Below are positions 36,421 to 48,900 of a DNA stretch of 64,000 bases, piece after piece; positions within the stretch are counted from its first letter, which is position 1, and every line of letters starts with the position of its first letter. Position numbers and translations under genes: made by a program. The notes beneath the pieces are model-generated. The model saw only the letters and a program-made list of their open reading frames with translations, had not been told where the DNA came from and did not search any database. The DNA comes from Balanoglossus misakiensis (lineage: Eukaryota; Animalia; Hemichordata). The stretch is taken from contig CM082597.2 of NCBI GenBank assembly GCA_040954595.2, positions 8,204,343 through 8,268,342 of the forward strand. Reading direction: 5' to 3'.

Positions 36421-37493
36421 TTAAGGGTATTTCACGACAATCTCGCAACATTTTACAGCTTCTCAGGCAAGTCATGGTTGCGAGTTGTGCGGCCAATCTG
36501 CGATCAACCTATATAATAAAAGCTTGATAAGTTATGCGTGTTTTGCAAAGAATTGTAACTACTGGTTGTGTGAGCAAGGCACCATGGAGACGCTATGCCT
36601 TCGGGTTGTTTGGAACTAGAACGTTGCTGCGTCAATTGCCCCGCCCCTACACCTTTCTCAAGATAACAAGGAGAGAGTATTTGAGCATGTACACACAGGA
36701 TGATCGTTAACGTCAAAGGGATTTCACGACAACATTGTAACAGTTTACGTCTTCTCAGGCAATCCATGGTTGACAAATTTTGCATCTGACCCCAATCAAC
36801 GAAAATTCGGCAAATTGTCCCGCACTTATACATTTCCTTTGAGTGTACAAGTGATATATAACTTTAATAACTTGTCTTTAGTGCATTGTCCACGTCAACA
36901 ATAATGCTACAATACAGATTCCCAGAGGTTAACCCATCGGTTAGGTTTCTTAGGTAGAATCTGAAAGAGTGGCTTTAATTAATTTATGCCGACATTTCTT
37001 ATTCAAAATTCGCAATTCTAGAAATGCGATTGTAAGATTTTATCGCCTGTCATGTCATCTACATTTCACATTTGCATTATTCAGATGATGACTAACTTCC
37101 GCTGCGGGAGATGTCGGTGAAGATAGATATGTCTAGGAATTCAAAACGGCACATAAAGTGGGAAAGTATCTGCAAAATCTACCCAAATACGGCATAGTTT
37201 ATTCCTCAAATATCCATTTTCCAAAAAAATCGATTGTTTGCCATTATGTATAGGTATAGTATGCAAACTTTTCAAAAGTTTTGTAAAGAACCCCATCGAG
37301 AAAAAGCTATTTTCTACAACATCGACAACAACAACAACTCCCCCCTCCTTCCTTCCCTCCCTCCATCCCTCCCAATAGGGAGTCCCTCTCTCCCTCCCAT
37401 CCATCAGAGTATAATCAAATGAAGCGTAATTTGATTCTATGGGAAAATGCGCAATACATACATACGCTTTAATATCAACCAGAATAATCCAGA

Positions 37494-38973
37494 TTAAACC
37501 ACGATCGTGACGTCACACTATTCAACAGACAAGTCATTCACTGAGAGAACCTCCGTCTCACCCAAAACCACAGGTTGAAAACCAAGTCCCGGGTAGTTCT
37601 AGAACTACCTCTGGGGGTTCTAGAACTACCGCAGGACTCAGTCTCACCTGTCGTAACAAAAATACAAATACACAATGCTTTATTTGCATAATTACATTTA
37701 CTTCTATACCTGCATTCAAAGTACATTTCATTTGAATAGAGTAATTGTTATGTTAATTGAAAGCGAACTGGATATGCGACAGCAGTCTCCGGATCATTTC
37801 ATATTCAATGCTTCAATTTCACAGTTTTGTCTACTGACGTACAAAGCTAATGTGTTGGTGGCTCTCGAGAGTCTTCATAACATGATAAAGTATAAAATAG
37901 GCAAAAATCAATTCACCAGAAACAAACTAACGTTGCAATAAATATTCACTACAAATTTCTAGAAAATTATACTAAATCACATTATCCCCAGATTTGCTTG
38001 TATTACTCTAACCCGATGCTTCACTTCGATTTTGCTTCACTACCGACATGTAACATGGTTGGCTGTTTTAGGCCTACTGTTTAACAAAACCCGCGTACCT
38101 TGCAAAATTCTGCTTACTTTTTGTTGCTGTTCACCAGATGTGCGTTTGTAATGTCGGACGGCTTCACTTCGGTATCAAGTCTTTTCGCAGATGAGTTACT
38201 CACCAATATCGCTACCATACAGACGCGTTGCCGCTGTGGCTCGTAGAGAGGGGTTCGTTCAAAAGCCAGGGAGGCCAATACACAGACGGGCAGTAGTACC
38301 ATGTAGAGCATTGTTACCCGGTTTTTGCTTTACCAACATGTAGCCGCTTGTTTTCGCAGATGATATAGATCGGAACTACATGTATCTTCAGATCGATTTC
38401 ATGGACATTTGAAGGAAAATAAACTAAAAACGTGACACTTAGGCCAGTCTACTGCATTTGGCCTAGACAATTTTCGCGTAAGCTTACCATGTGCACGCAA
38501 AACCCCAACATCTGTAACCCTTCCCATATTACACTACGTAACACACCTGTAGAGTTTAATTTGATGCAAATTGAAGTTTAAAATTAGCATTTCACTCCAA
38601 CACGTAAACATGGCCATTTAGAGTAACACCTGTCAAGCGTGGGCGATCTTGTAAGGCCCAGCAGGGCGGTCTAGAACTACCTGCCCACAACATGATTCAT
38701 TTATAGGAAGAGGGGTGGCCAACCAAATTTCACAGTCAGCAATGAAGAATTAGCCTCTTTTGATAAAATTTTGTTCCTTATATTTTACTGAATCGTTGTG
38801 TAATACGACGTCTTAAAGATTCACAAAGATCCAATGGTGACAAGGTCTGGGGGCGATCGTGGTTTAAGTTAGAGAACCACCTCCCCTCCGTGGTTCTTGG
38901 TTTCAAATCGCCGAGGGCCGCAGGCCCTCGGCGATTCGACACCAAGAACCACGGAGCGGGAGGTGGTTCTCTA
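37494..38973 (+). mobile_element. Non-coding interspersed element with short inverted ends and a 104-bp terminal hairpin (class uncertain)
   Basis: TTAAACCACGATCG at 37494 pairs with CGATCGTGGTTTAA ending at 38867, followed by a hairpin at 38870-38973. A second, inverted copy lies at 52966-54026. Confidence 0.7.
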
Positions 38974-39974
38974 TTACGTAATCCAAGGCCAACCTATTTA
39001 ATTTGTTTTAAAATTACAGAATATAACTCCACCGTGATGACAAGTGAAATTATGGGTTATTACAATGGCAAGTGACAGCTTATTTTGTCAATGGTGCATT
39101 ATTAGTTCAGAACTTGTCAGGATTGTACATAAAACCAAAGATCCTCATTGTCTTAAATTGAAAAAAATTACAACGGTTGCATTGATCTTCAAGAAATTTA
39201 TAATCGCGGTGTCAGGAGCCCCTTTCCCTTTATGCATACAGTGTACATATGATCATGACGGTGAATGTTTTCATGGGGGGGGGGGGGGTCATCATATTTT
39301 TGGGCCTGGGTGAATGGGGGGTCGGCCTGATTTTGAAAACCGATGACACAACCTTGCCGCCCCCAGCAGAAAAAAAACTGAACAGTTCCTTAACTCTCAT
39401 TTGATTCGTGGAAAAAAGGCACCGCATATACACAATGCACAATAAGTGTACGTTTTAATTTCAACCAGAATAAACCAGAGCATTACAAGTCAAACACAAA
39501 AACTCTTTCAATTACACAAAACTAGAACTCCACCAATTAATGACCAGTAAAATTACGGATTATTACAATGGCAAGTGATATTTCTGGTTATTACAAAACA
39601 GAAATATTGATCCATGTATACATGTATATATCCAATCATGGCAGATTACAAAGAAATGTAAAAATATCATCGTACTATATGAACAAAATCGATCATAGGC
39701 GCACGCAATACAAATTAATTTTAACGACACATCTAACTCTCATCAAAACGCTGCTCTTTCAGACTAGTTTGTTGGCACCTCTAGCTAAACGTACATCTAT
39801 GCCTTTCATATTTAATGCATTGTCAACAAAACTCGATTTCCAAAAAAGCTGAATGAACACTTCTTGCTTCATAAAGTCTAAAGACAGATAACATTTTGAA
39901 TGGTAAACATTTGTTTAGAACTTGTCCCAAAAGCTTATTTTATAACTTCTGTAGACCAAACGGAGGCCCCTGTG

Positions 39975-42900
39975 CTAAACGTGAAATCGTCCATCAGATT
40001 CAACAACTCCCACCATTGCACTGAAAACAGTCAGGTGATTACACAGACAAAGGGTAGAATTGAAGTCGGACTTTGGTGACACCTGCAAGATATCAAGCAG
40101 AAAAAAACGTGATGACAAAGCATTGGGCGTTTCTTTGCAATTGAAACAAGATCAAACACCTGGTTCACATCCCAGCGTTAATTTAAACAAGGAAAAGCGC
40201 CCTCACGTGAATCAGTACATTTTTTACGTTTACGGTATTTTCCATTTGTCAGTATTAATTGTAAGATGCAGTACCTTGTTCTGCATTTTAAGTTTTTGTT
40301 GCATATTTATCCACAGTACCCACTGAAATCACACTGATTGCCACTTGTCTTAGATTTCATCAATCGCAAGTACATGGAGCATTTCAACTTTTGCAAAATT
40401 TAGAAGAAATTAATTTGTATACCTTACAACCATCATTCTGCCAGTTATTCTCATCAAAGTAGCTACATCTGTGTTGAGTAGTGAGAACAGTGATGTCAAC
40501 CCCATGGGCTGTACGGAAAAAGTATACACAGAACTTCGGTTACATCAACATATTCCATATAAAACCAACTGGAGTGTCTGTAAGGTAGTGTGCACCCAGA
40601 AAATGAAATTCATAAACTTTTGTATTATACTGCTAAAGGCAAATGAAATACAGAACGCATACCACGTGTTTTGTGTACACCTTTGTATGGAGGCCGATTA
40701 AACGGGTTGAGCGCCCGTTTAATATATCACTTGATCAAATCGCACCATACAGTCACAATTGGGCATCGACAAGAAGTAAATGTATTACAATCAGTAAGCA
40801 TATTTAGATAAACATCAGTAAGCATATTTAGATTGACCAATCTAAGCTCGATAGTAAAATTAGAAAATTGGGAACTCTATATTAAAACCGCAAGATCGTA
40901 GCATAACTTTCTACATATGCATGTTCGTTTTTGAAATTAAAAAGAAGCATAAACAGCAAAAAGAAAAGACAAGAAAACACAACTATGTGTTTTAATCAAC
41001 GATCATTGCGCAATAGTTGTTTTAATCATGAAAATATTCCACAATCTTACCTCTGGTAAGGTCAAAGGTTATGTAATACAAGCCCGTCCTGGCGATCTTT
41101 GCTTCTGATAGAAATGTGGATGCTGTACACCCTGCAAATACCAAGTCAGTTACATAATGGAAATCACTGTAGCCACCGACAGCGTCAAGTCTCTCCAGTG
41201 ACACGTGTACTGTAGTAATCTCAAAGATAGGTCCTTGTGCTTCCATGGTGATTTGCATTGCAGAGTATCTCGATAGTGCCTACAACGATGAGAAACCAAT
41301 GCAAAGTGAACTCTACAACAGGTACAAATGATTCTTTTGAGGTAAACCTTGCCTGTGTTTTGAGATGTGCAAGTTCAATTCACATGTTGTGTCATTGGGC
41401 ATCAGACCTCGGAACATGATGACAGAGAGGATGGTGATTGCATGTTACATATGTAAAATATTGCATGCTGAGAAATAAATCCCCATGGTTATTATTTGTG
41501 TGCATTTACATAGGGCTTTACCCCTCCCCCGGCTGACCATCACACCAAGATGGGTGGTTTGATGGTACTTTAGAGTTGCTAACATGCAAAAGTCGGTTAG
41601 GTTCATATAATGTGTGAGGTTTACCGTTACTGTCAATGCGTAGTGAGTGACTCCTTCACTTTCCACGTATACTCCCCTGACGATGCTTTCATTTCTAGGT
41701 GTCTGATAATTACCAAGCCATACGCCGAGATCCTCTGATGCATTTTTCACTGAAAAGGAAAATGTTCTGGGATAATTTAAACTGATGTTAAAACTCCACT
41801 CACAATTTGGCCATTACTCGAGTTCCGCCCCACGATGAAAATATGAGCGAGTATTGTAATACATATCACTGGGTTTCTGTGTAAAGTTGATTAAAAGAAG
41901 ATATGTGCCATTTCTATTTGAGTTTTCACTGGTAATACATTTTATCCACAATATAAAAATTTTCATTATGACACTAGTGATACAGGGAATCCCCAATGCC
42001 CTAGCATATAATATGACCCCTACTGACAAGGAGTTCCAGAAATCACGCTGTTTCCAAAGATTTAAGTATTTTTGCGAGTTCCATGAGAATGTTAGGATGC
42101 CATTGATGGCCTTAATGAAAACCAACCTTTAATCTCATTACCATCTTCATCTCTGAATTCCAGGGTCAGTATATCGGTAGTGAAGCCATGTGTCCTATTT
42201 GCCAATCTGTGAGGATTCCCACCGAATCGGAAAATCTATAAAAAAAAAAAACATCTTAATTATTCCCCGAGCACTTGAACGCATTATAACAACAGAATTG
42301 TACTTTAAACCAAAGATCATAATTAAAAATGTTTATGGACTTATTTTGTAAAAAAAAATGACAATGTTTGCACTAACTCAGCATAATACTGTCTAGTTCA
42401 TTCCCATAATGACTTGACTGGCGGAAGAATCCTAATGACCAAAAGTTAGACAAATATCAATATACAAGAACAAAGCAATGTATGATAGAAAACGAAAGTG
42501 AGATTGTCTTCTTAATTATAGACGTTGTATACAAACCATTCTGTTCAAGACTGTGCCCCGCGACAATTGTGGAAACATACTGTCTGCTGGTGGAATATTG
42601 AATCCACTTCCATCTCCAATCATTACATTGGTGTCGCACAAGTCCTGCACAAAGTTCTTTTCCAGATGAAGCACAAGAGAAGAAGTGTTCACGATGATTG
42701 GTCCATGTCCATAATTAGTCTCGTTCAGTATAAACATTGATAACTGGTGGAATACTTTCGTTGTTATCTTTGTCAGGTGATTTGCCTGCCCGGGTTTCAG
42801 CCTGTCGCTCGGATTGGCGTCAATTAGGGACTGCATTCTGTCTATCACCTTTTGCATGACATTCAGTGTTTCTGAAATTATGTAATTATTGGCATTTAAA

Positions 42901-45900
42901 ATGTATCTCACTCTGTCTGATTGTCGGTCTCGGCTTTTCACCAATGCCCGGAAAATATGAAATAAGTTTCGTTTCGTGTAACCATTGTGGGAAATTGATG
43001 AAGGGAAAATGTTGAAGAGATAATGGAGACCTATCTTTCCAATTCTAATTCAGCGTATCATTCAACAGTTGGATACGTCCAATACTCGAAGTTTCTCTTA
43101 GCTACATGTAAGACATTTGACGGTTACCGATCATTTGCATGATTTGTGGAAACAGACGAACTGTAGTTGACACATTTTCGATACTCTTAATAATTGCAAG
43201 GGTCCCTGTTTCTGAATCTGATATAAATATTGTATTTACATCATTGGATGTAGATACTGAATGCGGACGGTGTTGTGATGGAAACTGATGTCACAGAATC
43301 ATCTTGGTTAAAACAACAAAATAAAGATTACCTTTTGCAAATAAAATTCTTCCTTTAAATATGACACTTTTATTTGAAAGGTCAGATGTTAAATTGTCCA
43401 ACATGTCAATTACACTAATACCCTGGAAAAAGAAAAGAAAATTATTTAGTACGTGGCTTTATAGCTTTATATGGAATCATTTAGTATATAGCTTTAGTTG
43501 TCACAAAATAGTCATATCCCATAAGGACCTTTAATAAACGTGTAAAGACAATTACATAGTATGTGGTTTATAGCATTATGTGAAATTATTTTAGAATGTA
43601 GCAGTAGTTGTCAAAAATGTTCTGTCTCTTCAGTGGATTTCGCTAACTTGTGGCGTTATACAATATAGTGCATTACATCAGTCTCAAATGATTGGAATCT
43701 TTCTTACAACATCTGCTGTTCTGAATTCATCGTCACTTATCTTGACCAAGCTCTCCCGCACCAGAAGTAAGTCATCATCTGAATGTTGCAAATGTAAAAG
43801 ACAGATAATGTGAGAGGTGCCAAAATATTATGTGTTGTATTAATAAAATTGAGAATGCATTCGTGACTTAAAAATAGTACATGAATATATAACATTTTCA
43901 GGGGACATCTTTACTCCGTTGTCAACAACCTTCTTTCATGTCAAGACAGTCATAAATAATGTCATGCATTCCTTTATCTGTGTATACTAATGAAATTGGT
44001 AAAAATAATCTCATATAAAAGTCGTCGCGACATCAAACGCTCGAGTCATGCAAATATTGTCCATGAAACATTCGGATATTATAATTCGACTCCCTTGTAT
44101 GTACACGGCACTAAGATGACACATGCAAAGGCAAGCAGACGAATATGGTCTTCAAACAACTTAACTATTATATAGAGTTTCACTTAGTATAACCCATATA
44201 ACCCAACGGAATGTTCATGTCCACACTAAAGTTTAGGCGCTGCAATAGTTACAGTCATTGTTCCTTCTCTTCCTATACACTGCAGGACCATCATTTAACC
44301 GTCTTGTGGCAGAACAATACAACTTTTGTTTCAATTATCCATTTACCAAAAGCAACAAGAGGAGGTCCATTACACATACGGGCATTTCCAATGTGACTCC
44401 CTTCCAACGCAGATAAATGTAGTTACCATGCGTATGCATTTGTCGTCTTTTCATGCATCATGGAATATGTTGAATGTATACACGCCACAGAACTACAAAG
44501 TTGGTCAACTATGCAGGAAAGGGAAATTTATAAACGAGATTTATCGCTGATGTCTCAAAATACTTACCGTTATCCTCGCAAACTAAACCCCTATGATGAT
44601 CACAGTCGCCAGTGAACCATTTACATTTACAATTACACCTGTATAAAGATTCACTGTTCAATGCTTATTGAAGTTTACAATGTGCTCAATGATTACTGTA
44701 CAGTCACTGTGTCTTTAATGATCACCATAGAAAAGATATATAATGATCACTATACGGTGTGTAGAATGATCTCTATAGAATGGCTTATGACCAACCTGCA
44801 AAGTTCAAATCATTAACCGTGCTGCCATACCCTGCCTATTTTTTCCAAAATTGTTGAATATTTAAGTCAAATTTGGTATGGACATGGTTCCCATAAATTT
44901 CTTACATCCACTGTCTATTGTTCTGTAAGGCCCATGTTGGAATGATATTGCAATCAGCGTTAACTGTAAAGCATCATGCTCAAATTGTGCTTTGCAATTC
45001 AGACGATATAGCAGGTAAAATTAGTTACCAAAACATAGTACTTAAACTTGCCAAAATACCAGAAATAATGCAACGATATTGATTTTCAGCAGCATATTGT
45101 AACCTTTGGGATACGAAAACGAAACAATACACACTTATTCAAACCATTCAACTGCCATCATTTCTCCTATGCAATCTCCTATGAAAGTTCCAACGCTATA
45201 ACAGTTAACGCCATGAAAGCAATGACAAACTATATATTTTGTCTGGCACTGTGGACAATGGTTTGAACCGACTCATTTACGTAAATACATGATCCGACGT
45301 CAAGATTCTGGTTGGGAGCAAAACGCGTGTGTTCCAATATCACACCGCTGCTTGTCGTCACAGAGCCATCTGCCGTGACGGTGGCATCAATCCATAATCT
45401 TGGCTGCCGTCGATCACAAATAAAGGACACACAGTACTGGTCGTCGATTTTCCATTCAGTGGTGTCAGTTAGAAGACGCATCCCAAGCTTCTCACACAAC
45501 TGGTATGCAGCCGTCATACGATTCCATGTGGTAGTTAGGTCGAAAGATGCTGTAGATTAGAAAACAACGCTCGTTCTTTCTCGTAAAATCCTTTGTAAAG
45601 CAAAACACGTTCCAAATCGGAGCTGAACCAAATAAAACTAAGTGCAAAAGTCGGAAAATCCAACCTTTTAGGAGTTGGGTCTCTAGCCGATAAATCCAGC
45701 CTGCTTGGAAGCCTTATAGCCCTACGTGTTCCCGTCGTGGCGGCGGTGTAACGCCAGGAACACACATACCTGCACGAGGGGCTAGGAAGCTAGGAAGCCC
45801 TACAAGTTCACCAGTAAGATCGCAATGCTCCTCAGTATCAGAATTTGTCTTGCCTTTTACAACGTGTTTCCGTGGTTACGCGTAAATTTTATTTAAAAAC

Positions 45901-48900
45901 TTACCCACAACATAATGTCGAAATTTATGAACATGTAGGGCTATTGTAGATAATATCGAAAATCACCCCCCCCCCCTCGCGTGTCATGAGACATATGCCA
46001 ACCGGTAATCCGTTTCCCGATGCGCGCCTGTCACTTGCCCGCCTCCTGAAACGAACTTTCAGCTGGCCCGGGCCGTAAAAGCAATGCGAACTTGACATTC
46101 ACTTGTATATGAACATCACATACGGTCGAGACTCTTGCTTCGCTGGAGCAATTACTTCGTTCAGTTCATGCAGTGTTGCGTTCTGTCTGTGTAACATAAT
46201 GATATTTTGGCCCATCCGGACGTGGAGGGCGCTAATTAATGACACACCTGGTACATCTGGGTAAACTCTTTGCGCCAATAGAACTGCCGTGTTCATCCGC
46301 ACCACAGCATTTAAGTCTGGTGTGAAGGGGTCGAGGGGGAAGTCTTCCTAGGCAGCCAGCTGAGCAGAACAGAATTGTGTGAGTGCTTCCCGAATTCGGA
46401 CATTGCCAGCGGAACTGAACGGAATTTCGGCGAGTGCTTCCAGAATTCGGACATTGCCAGCGGAGCTGAACAGAATTGTGTGAGTGCTTCCCGAATTCGG
46501 ACATTGCCAGCGGAACTGAAAGGAATTTCGGCGAGTTCTTTGTGAATTTGGACATTGCAAGCGGAGCTGAACTGAATTGTTTGAGTGCTTCCTGAATTCG
46601 GACATTGCCAGCGGAGCTGAACTGAATTGTGTGAGTGCTTCCCGAATTCGGACATTGCCAGCGGAACTGAACGGAATTTCGGCGAGTGCTTTGTGAATTC
46701 GGACATTGCCAGCGGGGAGCTGAACTGAATTGTGTGAGTGCTTCCCGAATTCGGACATTGCCTGCGGAGCTGAACGGAATTGTGTGAGTGCTTCCCGAAT
46801 TCGGACATTGCCTGCGGAGCTGAACGGAATTGTGTGAGTGCTTCCTGAATTCGGACATTGCCAGCGGAGCTGAACTGAATTGTGTGAGTGCTTCCCGAAG
46901 TCGGACATTGCCTGCGGAGCTGAACGGAATTTCGGCGAGTGCTTTGTGAATTCGGACATTGCCAGCGGGGAGCTGAACTGACTTGTGTGAGTGCTTCCCG
47001 AATTCGGACATTGCCTGCGGAGCTGAACGGAATTTCGGTGAGTGCTTTGTGAATTCGGACATTGCCAGCGGGGAGCTTAACTGAATTGTGTGAGTGCTTC
47101 CCGAATTCGGACATTGCCTGCGGAGCTGAACGGAATTTCGGTGAGTGCTTTGTGAATTCGGACATTGCCAGCGGGGAGCTGAACTGACTTGTGTGAGTGC
47201 TTCCCGAATTCGGACATTGCCTGCAGAGCTGAACGGAATTTCGGCGAGTGCTTTGTGAATTCGGACATTGCCAGCGGAGCTGAACTGACTTGTGTGAGTG
47301 CTTCCCGAATTCGGACATTGCCTGCGGAGCTGAACGGAATTTCGGTGAGTGCTTTGTGAATTCGGACATTGCCAGCGGGGAGCTGAACTGACTTGTGTGA
47401 GTGCTTCCCGAATTCGGACATTGCCTGCGGAGCTGAACGGAATTTCGGTGAGTGCTTTGTGAATTCGGACATTGCCAGCGGGGAGCTGAACTGACTTGTG
47501 TGAGTGCTTCCCGAATTCGGACATTGCCTGCAGAGCTGAACGGAATTTCGGCGAGTGCTTTGTGAATTCGGACATTGCCAGCGGAGCTGAACTGAATTGT
47601 GTGAGTGCTTCCGGACATTGCCAGCGGAACTGAACGGAATTTCGGCGAGTGCTTTGTGAATTCGGACATTGCCAGCGGGGAGCTGAACTGAATTGTGTGA
47701 GTGCTTCCCGAAGTCGGACATTGCCAGCGGAACTGAACGGAATTTGGTGAGTGCTTCTTGACTCCGGACATTGCCAGCAGAACTGAACGGACATTGCCAG
47801 CAGAACTGAACGGACATTTCCAGCGGAGCTGAATGGAATTTTGTGAGCGCCGTTTGAATTCGGACATTCGGAATACGGAATTTTTGTGAGTGCTTCGTGA
47901 ATTCGAACTGCCAGCAGAACGGAACGTTGACCAGTAATTGTCAATTGTTTGTTTTTCATATTTTCTTTGACAAATTTTTTTGGATAGATTTAATGACGTA
48001 ATATATCCTCATAAAAAACCTATGGTGTCTTGTCTTTTCTGCTTTCTACTCCCCACCCACCTATAATTCATATGTACAGGAAAATTGTCAATCACCGAAG
48101 GCTAGTTATACTTTACGAAACAACGGAACCACGAAACAGCGAAACATGGCGATACCATTATTAAAATAGGGGCCAGTCATCAAGGAACTGGCGACCTGCC
48201 GTTTGTTTCCAACGCCAAATTTGATTCTAATGTTGAATTTCCGAGTAAACAATTTATCTGACCTGTAGTTTTCTTGGCTCGCTTACGTTTTTATTTGGAA
48301 ACTTTTAAAAAAATCATACGCCACCGTCTTGATGACTGGCCCCTACTTTAATAATGGTATCGCCATGTTTCGCTGTTTCGTTGTTTCGTTGTTTCGCGGT
48401 TTCGTTGTTTCGTTGTTTTGCTGTTTCGCAAAGTATAACTAGCCATCACCGAACCCCAGACTGACTGCCCGTATAAATAGTTTGTTTTCATGCTCGTTCC
48501 AAAGTTAGCCGGAACGAAAGTGGCTACATCTGCGCACATGAATGTGAGTTCCTATCCATGCGTACAGGTCTGTTTGTTCCCGGTCGTGTAACGCCGGTAA
48601 CGCACAACTAACAATCGGGAGGTAGTCGACTTCTACTGTGCTAGTTCACATTATGGCACAGATGAATCTCCCCAGATATTAAACTGCATTGAGTAATAAC
48701 TTACAGATTTTAATCAATATACTATTCATTTGCATATTTAATGAATCTGAAATAAATGTACCGAATTTGACGAAACACGCTAGAAATGTTGATACGACAG
48801 GGATCTCACTGCACTGTAAGACATTTAGCGGTGTCATGTTAAAGGCACATGAGCTGCAACTGGATAAAAAAATTAAAGTTTTAAAGAATCTCATATATGG

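Larger units (their letters stand above)
31387..36475 (-). pseudogene. Lectin-GAIN array copy B: leader (interrupted) + two lectin domains, GAIN exons missing
   Basis: Leader 36475-35784 is split by a 576-bp MITE. Exons 35157-34878, 34131-34052, 32309-32045 and one from 31519 whose donor is deleted (reads through to TAG at 31387). Homology to the next intron ends near 30620 at the LINE. Confidence 0.8.

Noticed and set aside
46358-47930. CRISPR-like array
   Set aside because: There are no unique spacers, no cas genes, and the context is eukaryotic.
46232-47959. 575-aa, 518-aa and other long minus-strand ORFs
   Set aside because: They are translations of the 50-bp satellite. The same peptides recur in all frames because the unit length is not a multiple of 3.
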